A stretch of 64,000 bases of DNA from Cenococcum geophilum (lineage: Eukaryota). The notes beneath the pieces are model-generated. The model worked only from the letters and a program-made list of their open reading frames with translations, ran no database searches and had not been told where the DNA came from. How positions within the stretch are numbered: position 1 is the first letter of the stretch; each line of letters starts with the position of its first letter. Position numbers and translations under genes: made by a program. Of the stretch, positions 32,508 through 46,380 are shown in pieces. The stretch spans positions 21,390,001 through 21,454,000 of the forward strand of contig CP158635.1 of NCBI GenBank assembly GCA_050273025.1, in the 5' to 3' direction.

Positions 32508-35500
32508 TCATGTTTCCCAGTCGGGATTCTGCAAGAACAAAAGGTTAGCAATCATTCGTAATCACCCATTTGATTATGATGGAACTCACTTTCCGTAGAA
32601 TCACTACCCCCTCCAAGGCGCTGCTTAAGCTTAGGTACTGCTCATCCTCCAACTCGGCCCTCTCGCCGTGAGCCAAGAGCACCGGTGTGCTCTGCGTCTG
32701 CCATCCAGTGATTGTCTTCGGCCGACCAGCCTGTCCAACAATATCGACCGCCTGTCCAACGCGCACGTTGACGGTCAGCGGCTTCAAGTCCTCGTCTAGC
32801 GTGATGAGGAATCTTGGCGCCATAGCGGTCACCATGAAGTAGAGAAGGTAGCTTGAGTCTCCAAGAATGAATTGCTTAGCATCAATCAAGGATACTAGCA
32901 CGGTGAGCAACCCTGCTGCTGCCACCCTTGACAAGACTTGTCGGTCTGTGTGGAAGGGGTTGACTGAGAGCGTGCCCTTGCCCATGTGCAAGAGACCTTG
33001 AGCAATCCGCACCATGAATAGTGCGTTGGGATCTCGGTGGTAGTAGCTAGCAAGTTGGCGAAGAAGCTGTGCTAGACGCGCGTTGTTTGTGCCTGCCCCA
33101 AGAAGACCCATGGCAAAAATGGCGTTGATGGCGACATCGTTATCGTTATCGTGACTGTACCTCGACAAGGTGTCATATACCTTCATTTGAGGGTTACTAG
33201 GGCTAATAAGGCCCAGTGCGAGAGGCACAGCTTTCCGGATGTTAGCTTCGCCGTAATGCATAAGGTGACCGAACGTCCGTAGAACCATTTCCTGCCCAAC
33301 ATCCTCACCCATGGCAACCAAAGAGAGACCGATAACGGCATAGGATTGAAGCAGCTCGTCGCCCTTCTTCTCATCGCTGTCATCCTCAATGTGGTCATTG
33401 CAGATGTGAAGGAGCTGCTGCAACTTAAGCACGGCCCCAGTACCTGCCCAGGCACAGACCTCAGCCAAGACTGATGTGGGCTTCGACATTGGATGGTCAA
33501 TAGCTTTCAACGTCTCCAGAATGACATCAACCTCCTCTTGCTGACCAAAGAAAAGTAAGGCAAGACCCAAAGCCATGAATCTCGTCCATTTGTCTTTTAG
33601 CTGCTTCGTTCGGTCCTCATCCAAAAATGTCTGAATGATAGCTTCACTGACGTCGCTATGTGCAGATCCAACAAAAATGAGACCTAGAGACAGCGCTGCC
33701 ATAGCTGAGAGCTGCATGTCGAGGGATGTGTCGCCAACAATTGGTAGCAGAAGGTCCAGTAGATCCTCCTTGTTCGAACCTGCGTATGCAAGACCGAGAC
33801 CCATGATTGATGCCATTCGAATGCTCACGTTCTTATTAGCCAGGTTTACATCCTCACCAAGCAGAGCCATGGCAGGATCCGAGTCCATTCGCACGCCAGA
33901 GTTGATGATACCAGTCGCAAGCATAGCACCAGCTTTAATATAGTCCTCACTCAAGTAGGTATACGGATCGATCTTGTCAAGACCCATCTCAACATCCCAC
34001 TGCATGAGCATACCCAGAGAAGCTGCTGTCGACATCATGCCCTCATCTTTGGTTTTCCATACCCAGCTGCTCTTGTTCTCTTGTACAAGCATCATCTTGT
34101 CATTTCCGAAGCCAGCATTGACAAAAGCGTTTACGAAAGCGCTGGCAAGATTGTGCCTGGCAGAGTCAGTGTTGGTTAAGCCTGCTGTCCGAGTGCTTTC
34201 GAGGTGTGTCTTGTAAATATCGTCCGGAGTCTTCGGATCCAAAATGTTCAGCTCCTTTGCTAATGCCTTGAAGTGGTCCGGCAGCCTCGTGTTATTCAAG
34301 CACTCTTGCAACTCCAGGTCGTCATCCTCAGTGACGTCCAGCCATATCCTCTGGCGCGCAATGAGGAAGGCCATTTGTCTCCTGATTGCTTTATCTTCAG
34401 TTGAGTTGAATGCCTCTTCTATTAGCTCCCTATCGTTTAGACGGATGGCTAGTACTACGGCCTGAGTGTATTTGTTGTAACGCCTGTAGATCTTATATGC
34501 AGTTCGGAGAAATCGATCGTTGTCGGGATATGTGAGCAAAGGAACAGTGCTGATGGAAGTTAGCGGCTGTAGTAACGGGAGAGAAAATTATCGTCCATAC
34601 CTAACCATATACAAACACACCCTCGAGTATGTGTCCTCGTCTAGATACTGCTCGATCTGCTCAATCATTTCAAGTTCGCTAAGGATATCTACCGCATCCG
34701 CCTCAGCATTATGCTTCAGGAAGAAGGGCACGAGTGTGAGGGCAAGGTCTGTGATATCATCCGTTGGCTTATCATCATTCAGTCGATTCTGGAACTCCCG
34801 GCCAATCTCAAGCGCAAGATGGCGCATGTATTCGTGACCCCATGAACCCAGATCCGTCGAAGGTGCCTGAAGCCTGTACTTCAGGCAGTCTAGTCGTTCC
34901 TCATCGGAGTATGTCATTCCCAGCACGGACAATATATCCGCAAATGAAGTCTTCAATAACATCAGCGTCACTTTCTACACTTAATACCATAAAAATTGCG
35001 TACCTTGTCGTCCCCCAGCGGCCATGATTCGTATGCCTTCTCTAGCTTTTCGTAATGGGGTCGTAGGAATTTGAGGGGTTTGGGAACTGCTGTCATCGAT
35101 GATGTGGATGTCTTAATGAAGTTTTTGATGGCCTCAAGGGCGGGCTTGTACAGAGTGGTATTAGGCTCCTAAAAGAGAAAATATGAGAAGCTGCGGCCAC
35201 ACGAGATGTACATCTCCAGGCCTCATACCTGTAACCGTTCCACTAGCATATCAAGCTCACTCTTGAGCTGCTGGTCTTCCTCGCTAAGTTCCTCTATTAT
35301 TGAGGTCATGGGTCAGTCTTCGGGAATCACTTTATAGACCTTGAGAAATAAGAGCATGCTTTCATAGCTTGACATACCCGTTGGTAGGACTCCCTTCTGC
35401 CCGTCCTTTATTATCTTGCCATCCTTGTCTTTCTCTGGCTCTTTCGAAGCTTCAGCTCCATCTATAGCCTTTCCCTTGCCCTTGTCAACAGGAGCGGGCT

Positions 35501-35519
35501 TCTCCTCGTTCTTTGCCAT
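32508..35519 (-). CDS. RPN1: 26S proteasome regulatory subunit Rpn1 (PSMD2)
   Basis: Exons 35519-35378, 35293-35229, 35168-35004, 34950-34601, 34549-32590 and 32528-32508. Motifs TSSMTAVPKPLKFLRPHY, WGHEYMRHLALEI, DSARHNLASAFVNAFVNAGFG, VRVGQAVDIVGQAGRPKTITG. Confidence 0.97.
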
Positions 35520-35841
35520 GTTGATTACGAAGGTGGCTAAGTATAGGCTGTAAAGATGTGAAGGAGGGTATGATGTCGATATAAGTTAATATCGGAGTTT
35601 CGGAAGTTATATCAGGAAGGCAGGAGAGGGATATTTCGGAGGGATGAGGTATGGAAAGAGGTGGTTGTGAAGTTGATGGCCGGTGTTGATGCGCGTTGGA
35701 AGCTCTGCTCATCCATCACCGCGCCAAGCTCGCTTGTCGGCCAGCCCTGGACTCTGAAATTTATCAACAACTCACGACCCTAGTCTGCAAGGCCATTTAT
35801 GAATTTACAAATTCTTCCACTAGACTAAAAATTCACCGAAA

Positions 35842-37374
35842 ATGAAGTTAGACACGAAAGCTATCCGCTACCTAACCGCCGAGGACTGGCGGGTCCTAAC
35901 GGCAGTATGTCCTGTTACCATCGCTTGTGATATAATTTCACGAACTAACGGCTGATGAGATGCCTGCAGGTAGAGATGGGAAGCAAAAACCATGAGATTG
36001 TTCCGACTCCCCTGATCACCCAGATAGCTAGCCTCCGCAGCAGTGGCGTACATAAATGCATATCCAACCTAGCAAAGGTGGGCTTGATTGCTAAAGTAAA
36101 AAATGCGAAGTGTGCGCAACGCTTTTGAAGCCCGTCCAAACACTCGATGAACCGTTACTTATGCGCTTGTAGATGACGGATACCGCCTTACCTACGGAGG
36201 TCTGGACTATCTAGCCCTCAACACGCACCGCAAAGCGTCCAACATATACAGCGTGGGCAACCAAATCGGCGTGGGAAAAGAATCCGACATTTACGTCGTC
36301 GCCTCTTCCTCCGGTCTCCAACGGGTACTCAAAATCCACCGACTGGGCCGAATATCCTTCCGCACTGTCAAAGCCAATCGAGACTACCTCCGCAACCGCG
36401 CTTCAGGATCATGGATGTACATGTCGCGGCTGGCGGCGCTGAAAGAGTTTGCGTTCATGAAGGCGCTCCGAGAGAATGGCTTCCCCGTCCCAGAGCCTAT
36501 CGCCCAGAGCAGACACATGATCGTCATGAGCTTGGTAGATGCATTTCCGCTGAGGCAGATTGCCAGCGTGCCTGACCCGGCGGGACTTTACGCGGAGTTA
36601 CTCGCTTTGATAGTACAGCTTGCCAGCTTTGGGCTGATCCATGGCGATTTCAACGAGTTCAATATCCTATTAGAGGAGAAAACGTCAGAATCCTCCCCCG
36701 GATTAGTGGAGGCGGAGTCCCAAACCACCCCTCTATCAAATTCAGATGAAAACAACACTGCCCCACTGAGTTTAGCCGAAAGCAAACCCTCCCTTACTTC
36801 CACCGCCACCCTTGTCCCAACCATAATTGACTTCCCACAAATGGTCTCGATAGACCACCCTAACGCCGCCTACTACTTCGATCGCGACGTCGCTTGCATA
36901 AAGCGCTTCTTCTCGCGCCGTTTCCACTTCACAAGCGACGAACCTGGACCTTTCTTCGCTGACACCATCAAGCACGTCGGCAAGCGACTTGATGTCGAAG
37001 TCGAAGCATCTGGGTTTAGTCGAAATATGGCTAAGGAGCTTGATGCGTACATGAAAGAAGTTGGTGCGAAGGGCGACGACGACGGTAGCGAGGGCGAAGA
37101 GAGACCTGACGACAGTCCCGACGGAGACGAAGAAGTGCCAGAAGAAGCCTATTCCAGCGAATCCAGACCCGACGATATCGCCGATGCCCTTCCAACTGAA
37201 GATGGACCCGCCATCGAGCCAACACTGCTCCCCTCTGTCTCCAGTCTCGCAGACACCATGACAGTTCTCGACATCCAAGACACCGACCCACTCCCCGGAC
37301 TGACCCCCACCACATCACCGCCTGCCGCTAAATCCCGCACCAGCGCTAAAGCCGCTGCTGGTTGGTCTATATGA
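35842..37374 (+). CDS. RIO2: Atypical protein kinase Rio2 (40S biogenesis)
   Basis: MKLDTKAIRYL..DWRVLTAVEMGSKNHE; introns 35905-35969 and 36112-36172; GVGKESDIY, HRLGRISFR, IHGDFNEFN, IIDFPQMVS. Divergent from RPN1, with about 320 bp between the ATGs. Confidence 0.96.
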
Positions 37375-38860
37375 AATGGTATTAGCACCAGGTTATGCTA
37401 TAGGCCTACATAAGTTGCATACACCGGCCCGCCGACTGGTACACACCTGTGAGTGGCCCTGGGGCTCTCACAACGCCCATATAAGTCTACAAACCCGCCT
37501 TAATCTAGCCGCTGAATTGCATCCTACGCCTATTGCTCACGCTGCGCCATTTCGCCCGGGCCATTACCCGATTAAGATACACCCCGCTCTTTTACGCAAG
37601 GCCTGATGAATGGCAGAAGGTAACTATTCACGAACAATACTATTCTCCGGTAAATGCCGAAACTAGGCATAGTGATCTCGTATCTACTTTAGAAGACCTC
37701 ATCCCTCCAAAGATGGATCGTCCCATGTTGAACCGCTAGAGTTTCAATGGTATGAAGGAATGTACGAAGCTATGCTGTTATGTAGCCACTTGAAAAATCA
37801 ATATGTTCCGTAAATCCTCCGTGATGCATGAATCAAACTCCTTCCGCCACCTTCCGCAAAAAGCCATCCACTAGCGGGAGAAATTTTTGCCTGGGAGCCA
37901 CTTTAACGGAACAGTCCACATTTTCAAAGAGACCTGCGGGTGCATCCACAAGAACCAACTAACCGGAACCAGAAGACCACACATGATAACAGAGGGCCGA
38001 GTCATATCATTCAAGTATCGAAGCTAACTTTCCATCGATACGTGACACCACAGCTAAAGAAACCCCAGATGAATAAACCATCGATGCAAGCACTTCAATC
38101 CACCACCCCACGAGCGAGAGGTCGTAGTTCCCATTCATATAGCGCATTGCTGCAATAATCTGAACCCACTAAAAAGTCGTAGCAACGCATACACATGAGA
38201 GCCGCCAAAGAAGTCAAATACAAGCTGCCAAACGGATGAAAGACAGACGCCGAGACCTCTTTCGTCCACCGTCACAACTGAAGAGTACTGCAGGTACGCG
38301 ATAGAAGGCAAGTCTGGGGAATTGGGGCACTATATAACGAAGGAAAGGCAAGAGGTGGGTAGGAAGTGTACAAAATCGAGTGATGGCGCGCAACAACAAG
38401 CAAAAGTCCGAAGTGGTACAATGAACTCTCGTAAGCAGAGCCTATAAGAGCGTATAATGCGAGGTTAAACACAGAATGCGTAGCTTTTCAAAGCGTTGTG
38501 CTTCGTATCATGCTGATGAGATGAAATGCGACGCTGATGAGGTGAATCCATGTTCGAAAGGACTCATATGAAGTCGATGAGATAGTTTGGAGAGATGGCT
38601 CTGTTTTGGTTTAAGATAGAGCAGCAAACGAAGGTAGATATGATTCCAGGTTTGCAGGATAACAGAATGCTACTGAGTATGCTCCTCCGCCGAATGCGAA
38701 CTTACTCCATTAATACCGAGTCCAGACGAGTTTGAAAATGATATATGTAAGATATCGATGATGCAGGATAAACAGATTGTTTCTGATAAGCCAGCAAACG
38801 ATGGTCGAGATGATCTGAAGGAAGTGTAGCAACTATTTGACCATAGACGGTCTCAATCGA

Positions 38861-40911
38861 CTATTCACGATGGCTTGAGCCACGGCTGGAGGGTGCAATA
38901 TTTTCGGCAGGAGCCTTCACTGGTGTAGTAGGATTGGTTTTGGCACCAGTTTTATGTTCAGAGCCAGAACCATCGCCCTCTACCCTACCGGTCGATGGCA
39001 AGCTAGCTTGAGACATGGGATGAAGTGTAGACCGGTGCATGGGTAAGGCGGCTGTAACCGGAGGAACCCATGAGCGAATGCGTCGGGCCTGGGGGATGTA
39101 GGGAGCCGCGGATTGACTGAACCAGGTGTTAATAAGGGCACAGGGGTAGCAATCAGGGCTATCAAGCTTACGTTTGGGCTTGAAGGAAAACTTCGAATTC
39201 GTTCGCGGCCTCTTGATCCATTGCAGAGAGATTGAGCAGACGCTCGGGATGATACAAAGATCCATTGCGAGCCTGAGCGACACCTAGGTCGTACTCCGCG
39301 GCGCGGAACTGACGACCGGCGGCAGTCTGTTGCTTGAGAAGCTTCTGTTCGTGAGTATCGGAGTAGCGAATCTGGATGAGATGTTCTTCGCCACCAGGCT
39401 TAGCGACAGGAGCGTTATTAAAGCTTCTGATAATCTCTTCGCAGATCTCGCGAGTCTCAAACCTGAGCAGACAGTTAGAGGCTTTCTTGACTTCAGAGAT
39501 CTCAAGTGCTTACCGAGCAAAGCCAACACCACGTCCATTGCCGCTACTATCGCGGAGGATTCTGCTAGAGCAAACCTTATGGGGTGCAAAGATAGCTCCA
39601 AGTTCCTGGCCACTAGTTAGTAATTGGCTTATCAAAGATACAGATATACAAGCGCGACATACGTGCTCGTTCATATTCTTCGGAATATTGGATACGTAGA
39701 GGTTCGTGTTATTCTCATCAGCGAACTTCTTCAGCTTGGCATAAAACGACTCCTGTGGAAGGTGAGCACGACATAACACATGAAGAGGTCAATCGAAATG
39801 ACGCACTCTAGCGAAGCTAACTTCGTAACCCAAGTAGTGAAATCCACGAATGCAACTCTCGGCGTCTTCGAAGTTGTGATACTTGATGAAGCCAAAGCTG
39901 AAGCAAATCAGTTAAAGCTCCAAGGTAGGGGAAAAGATAAACCACTTACCCTTTACATAAGTTTGTCTTGAGATCAATGATCGACTTAGAGCTTTGAATA
40001 TCTCCGAAGCGTGAACCCCAGTTGTGAAGCATATCATCCGTGGTCTCTGGCAAAAGGCCACGAATGTAAACGTTAGTTTCTCCGTTTTTATTCTCCAGGC
40101 TACGATCAAGTGGCTTCAATGGGGAACTCGGAGCTGGAATCGCTCTTGGAATTAGCGGCTCCTGCTGTAGAAGTATCATCAATTGGGGAGGAAGCGTTGT
40201 CAGGGATTGGACTTTGCCCATCTGAGCGAGACTGTAAGGATGAGCCATCTGAGAAGGCGATGGGGTGGCGCTATGGGTGTAGGCACCACTCGGAGAGCGA
40301 TCTATGACAGCGGTCCTATTGCGATAGATACCATAACCCATATATGGTGTGCCGGGCAGATCGGGCTCGTTGGAGGAGATCGAGTCACGGCGAGGTGTCA
40401 TCAGGGAAGGCATCTCTGCGGAAGACACACGGCTTGCCCAGCTTGGTGGCATTGGGTTGTTGTCAACCATTGCATGACCATGCTGGTAGCTGATCTGATG
40501 CATGTATGGACCGACAGAAGTGTACATTCCTGGCGACTGTGGCTGGTTCGCGCCCGGCAAGCCGTGATACACATTGGAAAAGGCTTGTTGATTAGGAACC
40601 CACAACCCCTGAGGTTGAGTGAGAGGAATCCCGCCATACTCAGATGAGCCGCCAGAGACTTGAGATCCCGACTTACTAGCCCCAGACGAACCAAAGGAAG
40701 CGTGAAGGTTCATGCCGCCCATTCCATTAGCCAAGGCCGAAATGTTCGAATCTCCAAGGTGACGTGGCATGGTAGGAACGCCACGAGGAAGATAGGCTGC
40801 CGGACCGTGGTTCTGGCCAGGCGGCGCATAATGACCGAGCATAGCCTGGCCCTTGTACGTAGGAGCGGAATTGGGGTAGTTATTTTGACGTTGAGCTCCC
40901 ATTTTGTCCAT
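38861..40911 (-). CDS. Two-RRM RNA-binding protein (MSSP/RBMS-like, Spo5/Rim4-type)
   Basis: Low-complexity N-terminus; RRM1 TNVYIRGL..CKGFGFIKY; RRM2 TNLYVSNIP..GRGVGFARF. Five GT-AG introns keep the frame: 39949-39898, 39806-39753, 39662-39606, 39513-39463 and about 39171-39117. TAG at 38861-38863. Confidence 0.85.
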
Positions 40912-43900
40912 AGTCGTTGCGAATGTAACCTAAGGCCCTTGCTCATCAGCCCTTGCTCGATGCATGCATATGTAGGCACACTTCGGCACAGTATAAAGAA
41001 TGGGTTGTGAAAACAGATATGAAATACTTCGAATCGAAAGGGTAAGAAAAGGGGAGGCATGGCGTTTTCATGAGCTGGTGGAGTTTTGTGATGGAATAGA
41101 AGTCTCGTCCTGTGTGAGAGACGACTGAAGGAGAGTGAGATAGAGAAGGAAGGAACAGACCGTACAGAGACTCGGTAATCGGTCTGAATGAGGATGTAGA
41201 GAAAATGAAAATGATCTGTTTCAAATAATTAGTCATTATATTCTAACACTGACGGTTCAAGAGACAGTCTGGCAGCAGGAAGCATGAGTTGCTCTTAAGC
41301 CCACGTTCAATGTCTGAAGAGTGACTTGGCTGAAAGGTGCAAAGGTAGTGATTACGATATACCTTCAAGATAGTGTTCAATCTTTTGTAATGAGCGAGGT
41401 TGTAGAATTGACTTGAGTGCAAAGCTGCTGCGATTGTGAGTGCAAGCTCGGTGAAATTGTGGGTGAAGATTCACCAGGACTGACCTGCAAAAAGCTACAA
41501 AGAATGTCGGCCTCTGAGCAGATGGTGGAAAGAAGTGTGAAGAGAAGAAGGAAAAAGGTGTGAAGAGAGGGAGATAGTTATAGAGATGCTGGCTCGCTTG
41601 GAGGAGAGGCAAGAGTGAATAAACTGGAAGGAGCCTGCAGGCGCAGTTAGTGGTCTATCAACAAAGGCAAGGTCACCACGTTAACCATCGAATCTGTCAG
41701 TTCTTTCCGCACCTGGGCGGACTCGCCTTCCTGTAGCTTGCAGCGGCAATAACAAGTGGCAGTAATAGTAGGTGCTGCTGCATGCACGAAGCTCTGAATT
41801 GCTATGTGCTGGCGGACGCAGCGTCTCTTAATTATGCTGATGGGAAAGCTGTATTAATATCAATGTTTGTTTTGGCGGGAAGCTGGGCTGCGGTGCGAGT
41901 GCTGCTTTGATTTCCTCGAAGGGTGAGTGTCGCCTTAAATGCACGGCGCGGCGTTTGAACTATCTGAACCAAGGATGGGATGGACGCAAGTGAATGTAAG
42001 CAGCACCAGTCGCATCATTTTGCGTTATTACTACATCCAGCCCTTCCAGTAAGGCTGGATCGTCGTGTCTACTGCACTAACCTCACAACCAGTTTGCTTC
42101 AGTCATGGCAGAGATTAGCCGTCGGAACATCTCAAAAAAGACCGCTGATGTCAGTCTAGGCCCTAGGGGGCTGTCTACAAATTGTGAGCTGTCACTTGAC
42201 ATCCACGGCCACGTTATTTGGTCTGGAAGGTAGTTAGGAACAAATCTTGGCCTCAGCGTATTTCTGCATTTGACGTGCGGTTAGCTCGTAGGAAAACTAG
42301 CACGGTTACATCTACAAGGAAAAACTCTTACGTTGAGGATTAGGCATGTTCACTGCAGGTATGTGTCTGTGCAGTGCTTGAAATAGCACTGCGGAAGCGC
42401 AACATGCCCACCTGTGCTTTGTTTCCCAGTCTGGAAGCTAATTCGCTGTATTAGCTGGCACTGCCTGGTAGCTATATTGCCATGATTTTCCTAACTGCAG
42501 CACAAAACACTAAGCATAGCCGCGTTCTTGTCAGACAATTACGGCGAGCCTTTCTACCCAACCATACATTCAATTATTGGGGAAGGTCAGAGCACCGATG
42601 ATAAGAAAGCAAAGGGGGTTTCGGTTTAGATGCGGTCCGGTGCATGAAGCAAGGGCACGTCCCGATAAGCTACAGAGTATTTCTCCCGCCTCCTATTGGC
42701 AAGGAACGTTACGATCATCAGAAACAGCACCATAGTTAGCACCACATGAATATATGGAAAATCAGAGCAGAAGAAGATCGCCGATCGATCCTACAAATCG
42801 ATGTTGAAGGGAATAGGAGCTTAAGGTGACAGTGGACGTTGGACTAGACTTGCTAACTGGCCTGTCAGGAGCTCCCTTCACCGGCACTGCAAACGGCCAT
42901 ATTGAGGTTATTCCTCGGGGTGTGTGTGACAAAATCTTGTTCGATATCCGGCTGCTGCTTCGCGTGCTTCATGGGCGCAAATCCTCGTGATTATTGTGTC
43001 TCAGTATTTCTATCGTAACATTCTCCGGGATTATGTCGTCTGTTGAAACAGCGATGACCTCTGCAAACGTTGTTCCGGCACTTAAATTCAGCCTCGTTTG
43101 TTTTTTTCTTCTCATTTTTGCATAGAGTGGGATGCTAAATGTGATAATGTGATAATGTGATAGGTTCCATAGTGTCCGGCCAGAGCATGAACCTTGAGAT
43201 TTTGAGTTTAATTGACGGAAGTTTTTACATTAATCGCGTGGGCCTTCTGTGGCTATCCTTGGTGGGATCGTAGAGTGATATGTTGTGTATCCATGGGCAT
43301 AGCGCGTATACTCCACACGAATGCTACTGAAAACCCGGTAAAAAGGTATGGAGACGGAAGTTTCTAGGAAACTTTTAGCTGGGTCATCTGAGGTTGCTCT
43401 GTAGCCTGGAAATAGGGCCGATAGCTCCACAAAATCCAACAGTGCAGTAGTGGCTTGGCCTTTCGCTTCGATGCAGTAGGTCCACTACGATATTGTGCAA
43501 ACATTTGGCGAGTTCGCCCTAGTAAAAAAAAAAGGCTGGTGGAGGCCTGGCATTCGCCCTCAGACGTTGCGGAAATAGCGTTGCGAGGCTAAGAGCTTTC
43601 GTATTATCTTCGGAATTGTAGATAATTTTGGATATAACTGACTTGACGCTTTCCTCTGGGCTAGGGAGGTCTAATCTTTGGGCGTGAGGAGGGGAATAAC
43701 GCTCTTCTGCCACTGCTGTACTGGATGTCTTTTTCTGATTACCGGAGGAAGCCGGAGGTGGCCGGTTACGACGAACCGACCCTATCACCAACCCATCGTT
43801 ACACAATAGACGAGGTATTGGGAAGAACTTTTTTTCAAAAATAAAAAAAGAGCAAGGAATTGGTGTAAATGAGGGAACTGACGCATTTTGAGAATGCTTT

Positions 43901-44232
43901 TCTAGTTTTGAATCGACTGCGGGTTTGTTGAGCACATTTTCCCCAAGACCGTAGGGACAAATAACCTTAAATTATATAGGCTGATATTTCTGGTAAAGGT
44001 CACAAGAAGAAAAATCAGGATGCACTTTATGTCATCAGGTCTGTATTCTATATGCTAACGTAAAAGACGATAGAAACTCATGGCTATGCGATGTAATTAC
44101 TATGCACAGCAAGATAGAACAAGAAGGAAATGCAAGACCCTCATTAACCCAACCAGGTGATGCAAACGCCAACAACCGCGAGCCGCTCTATCGTGGCAAG
44201 TCTTCAAATATTCGTAGCTGTGAAAGGAAAGC

Positions 44233-46380
44233 TTATGACCAAACATCTTCCTGGTATTGATTCGAAGCTCGCATGGCCTTCACAATCTCTTCTGCCTTGG
44301 ATTCCGGTACGCTCCTCTGCTTAGAGATTATCTGGGCGAGGAGTACGTTGACTTCTCGTGCCATGTTAGCAGCGTCACCGCAGACATAGAAGTACGCCTT
44401 CTGCTGAAGGAGCTTGTCGAGCTCTTCCGCGAATTCTTCGATCTTGTGCTGAACGTAAACCTTCTTTGGTCCTTCTCGGGAGAAAGCAACATGCAGGATG
44501 AAATTATCGCCCAGATCTTTCTTATATTGCTATGAGTTTTAGTTAGTATGATGGTATACTACGAAGACAGCATAGATTTTACTTACGTCCCACTCGTTCT
44601 CGTACAAAAAGTCTTCCTCCTTCCTCCTACATCCAAAGAATAGCACGGTCTTGCCGACGGCCTTACCAGCGCGAGCTTGAGCGGCACGTTCTTGCACGAA
44701 GGCTCTGAATGGGGCTACGCCTGTACCGGGGCCAACCATAATAACTGGTTTCATTGGGTCTGAAGGTAATTTGAAATTGGAATGGCGAACATGAACAGGT
44801 ACATGGATCCCGTCGTACTTGTTTCGCGGCCCGGTAAGAGCGTAGTTTAGACCATGTGGATCCGGGTTAGGATCGCCATGTTGCTTCTGTTTCAGCGCCA
44901 GGAGATAGTTCGTGGTAACACCCTTTAGAATATGTGGCGAGTTGGGTTTCGACAGAGATTCTACGACAGCGGTGATCGCGATTTTGTCTTTCTGTACCAG
45001 TGACGACGAAGAGATAGAGTAATAACGTGGCTGGATCTTAACGAGGCCTTCAATCATCAGAGAGAATGGTACCTTCACCCAAGGTTGTCCGTTCGAAAGG
45101 ATCTCCAGAAGCTGAGCAAGATTGAGGTTGCGGTCTATCACAGTTTGATGGAAGTAATCTTTATCACCTCCGATCTTGACCATCTCAACCTTAACTTCTT
45201 CGGTTGGAGCAAACTGAGCAAGTGTGGACACGAACTGACGTGAAACCGGTGCACAGATCTCCATGTGATAACGGACAGCAGCATCGTATGTAGTTGGCGA
45301 GGGGAAGGGAACCTTTGCCGTGGGGTCAAGGCCTCTGACAGCGATAACCATGTGTCTCCTCGACGCGATACCTAGAATATTCAAGAAGCGGTCCACCTCC
45401 TTTCCTGCATTGGTAGGCCAAATAGCAATGTGATCTCCTGTGGTGTATGTAAGATTAGATCCCGAGACGTCGATTTCCATGTGGAGGCAGTTGCGGTCCT
45501 TTGCCGTGAATAGTTCTTTAGATTCTGCAATAGGTGCAATAAACGGATTGTTTGCGTTGAACGGACTTTTCTGGGAGCCTTCTCGGTGATTCTTGTTAGG
45601 TTCACCGAGATAGACCTCATCCTCCTCGGCGTCTAGGTCTGGCTTCTCGGTGATTTCGAAAACTGGTTCATAGACAGCCTCACGCTCTTCTAGGCACATT
45701 TGTTTAGCGACATCAGCCCACATGGGTTCCTTCCAGGCCAAGAAATCTTCTTCCATTGTTCCGGCGCCATCGTCTCCCTCACCAGCAGTTCCCAACCTCG
45801 TTGCGCCAACCTTGGTGAGGAATTTGTCGACATTGCGAACCATAGAGTTGTAATGCTCATAAGTATTATTGCCGAGACCGAATGTGACATACTTCAAGCT
45901 TGCGAGAGGCTTGTCATTAACCCCAAGGCCATCACTAAATGAGACATCATCGGAGCTGATGAACTCGTAGAATTCGACGGCGTTATCTGTTGGCTCTCCT
46001 TCACCGTAGGTAGCGAGAACGAAAACAGCCAGCTTGTCTTCGGGGAATTGGTCGAGGTTGTCGAAGTCGTAGTCCTCCAGATCAGCAACCATGGTGTTCA
46101 GCCCGAACCTGGAGTGTCCTTCCTTTGCCAGCCTAGAGGCATAGTCCTCGGCTGTCCCCGTCTGACTTCCATAGAAGACCACACAGTTCTTCCCGCTTTG
46201 TTCCAATTTCTCAATAATGTTTCTCGACTTTCCAGACTTGGCAGCTCCATTGGTCTGCGCCAGAGAATTGCCATAGGGATCACCGTAGACAGCCCAGTAT
46301 GTTCCTTTGGTGAAGTAGGCAACAGTGCCGAGAAGGAGGGCGGCGAGGACGATAATGTCCAAGGTATCGAGTTGTGCCAT
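44233..46380 (-). CDS. cprA: NADPH-cytochrome P450 reductase
   Basis: N-terminal TM anchor; FYGSQTGTAEDYA; ATYGEGEPTDNA; FGLGNNTYEHYN; PRYYSISSS; MVGPGTGVAPFRAF; intron 44586-44530; C-terminal YQEDVWS*. Confidence 0.97.

Noticed and set aside
35532..35540. GGTGGCTAA resembling the Rpn4/PACE element upstream of RPN1
   Set aside because: One mismatch to GGTGGCAAA and only 13 bp from the ATG, so probably within the 5' UTR; too weak to call.
43138..43162. (AATGTGAT)x3 tandem with GATA cores, and a similar (GGTTGATA)x3 near 32083-32108
   Set aside because: Short tandem duplications with no spacers; not CRISPR-like, and no evidence of function.
26160..46380. P450 plus P450 reductase as a biosynthetic gene cluster
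   Set aside because: They are about 16 kb apart, separated by housekeeping genes, with no backbone enzyme, and the P450 is broken.
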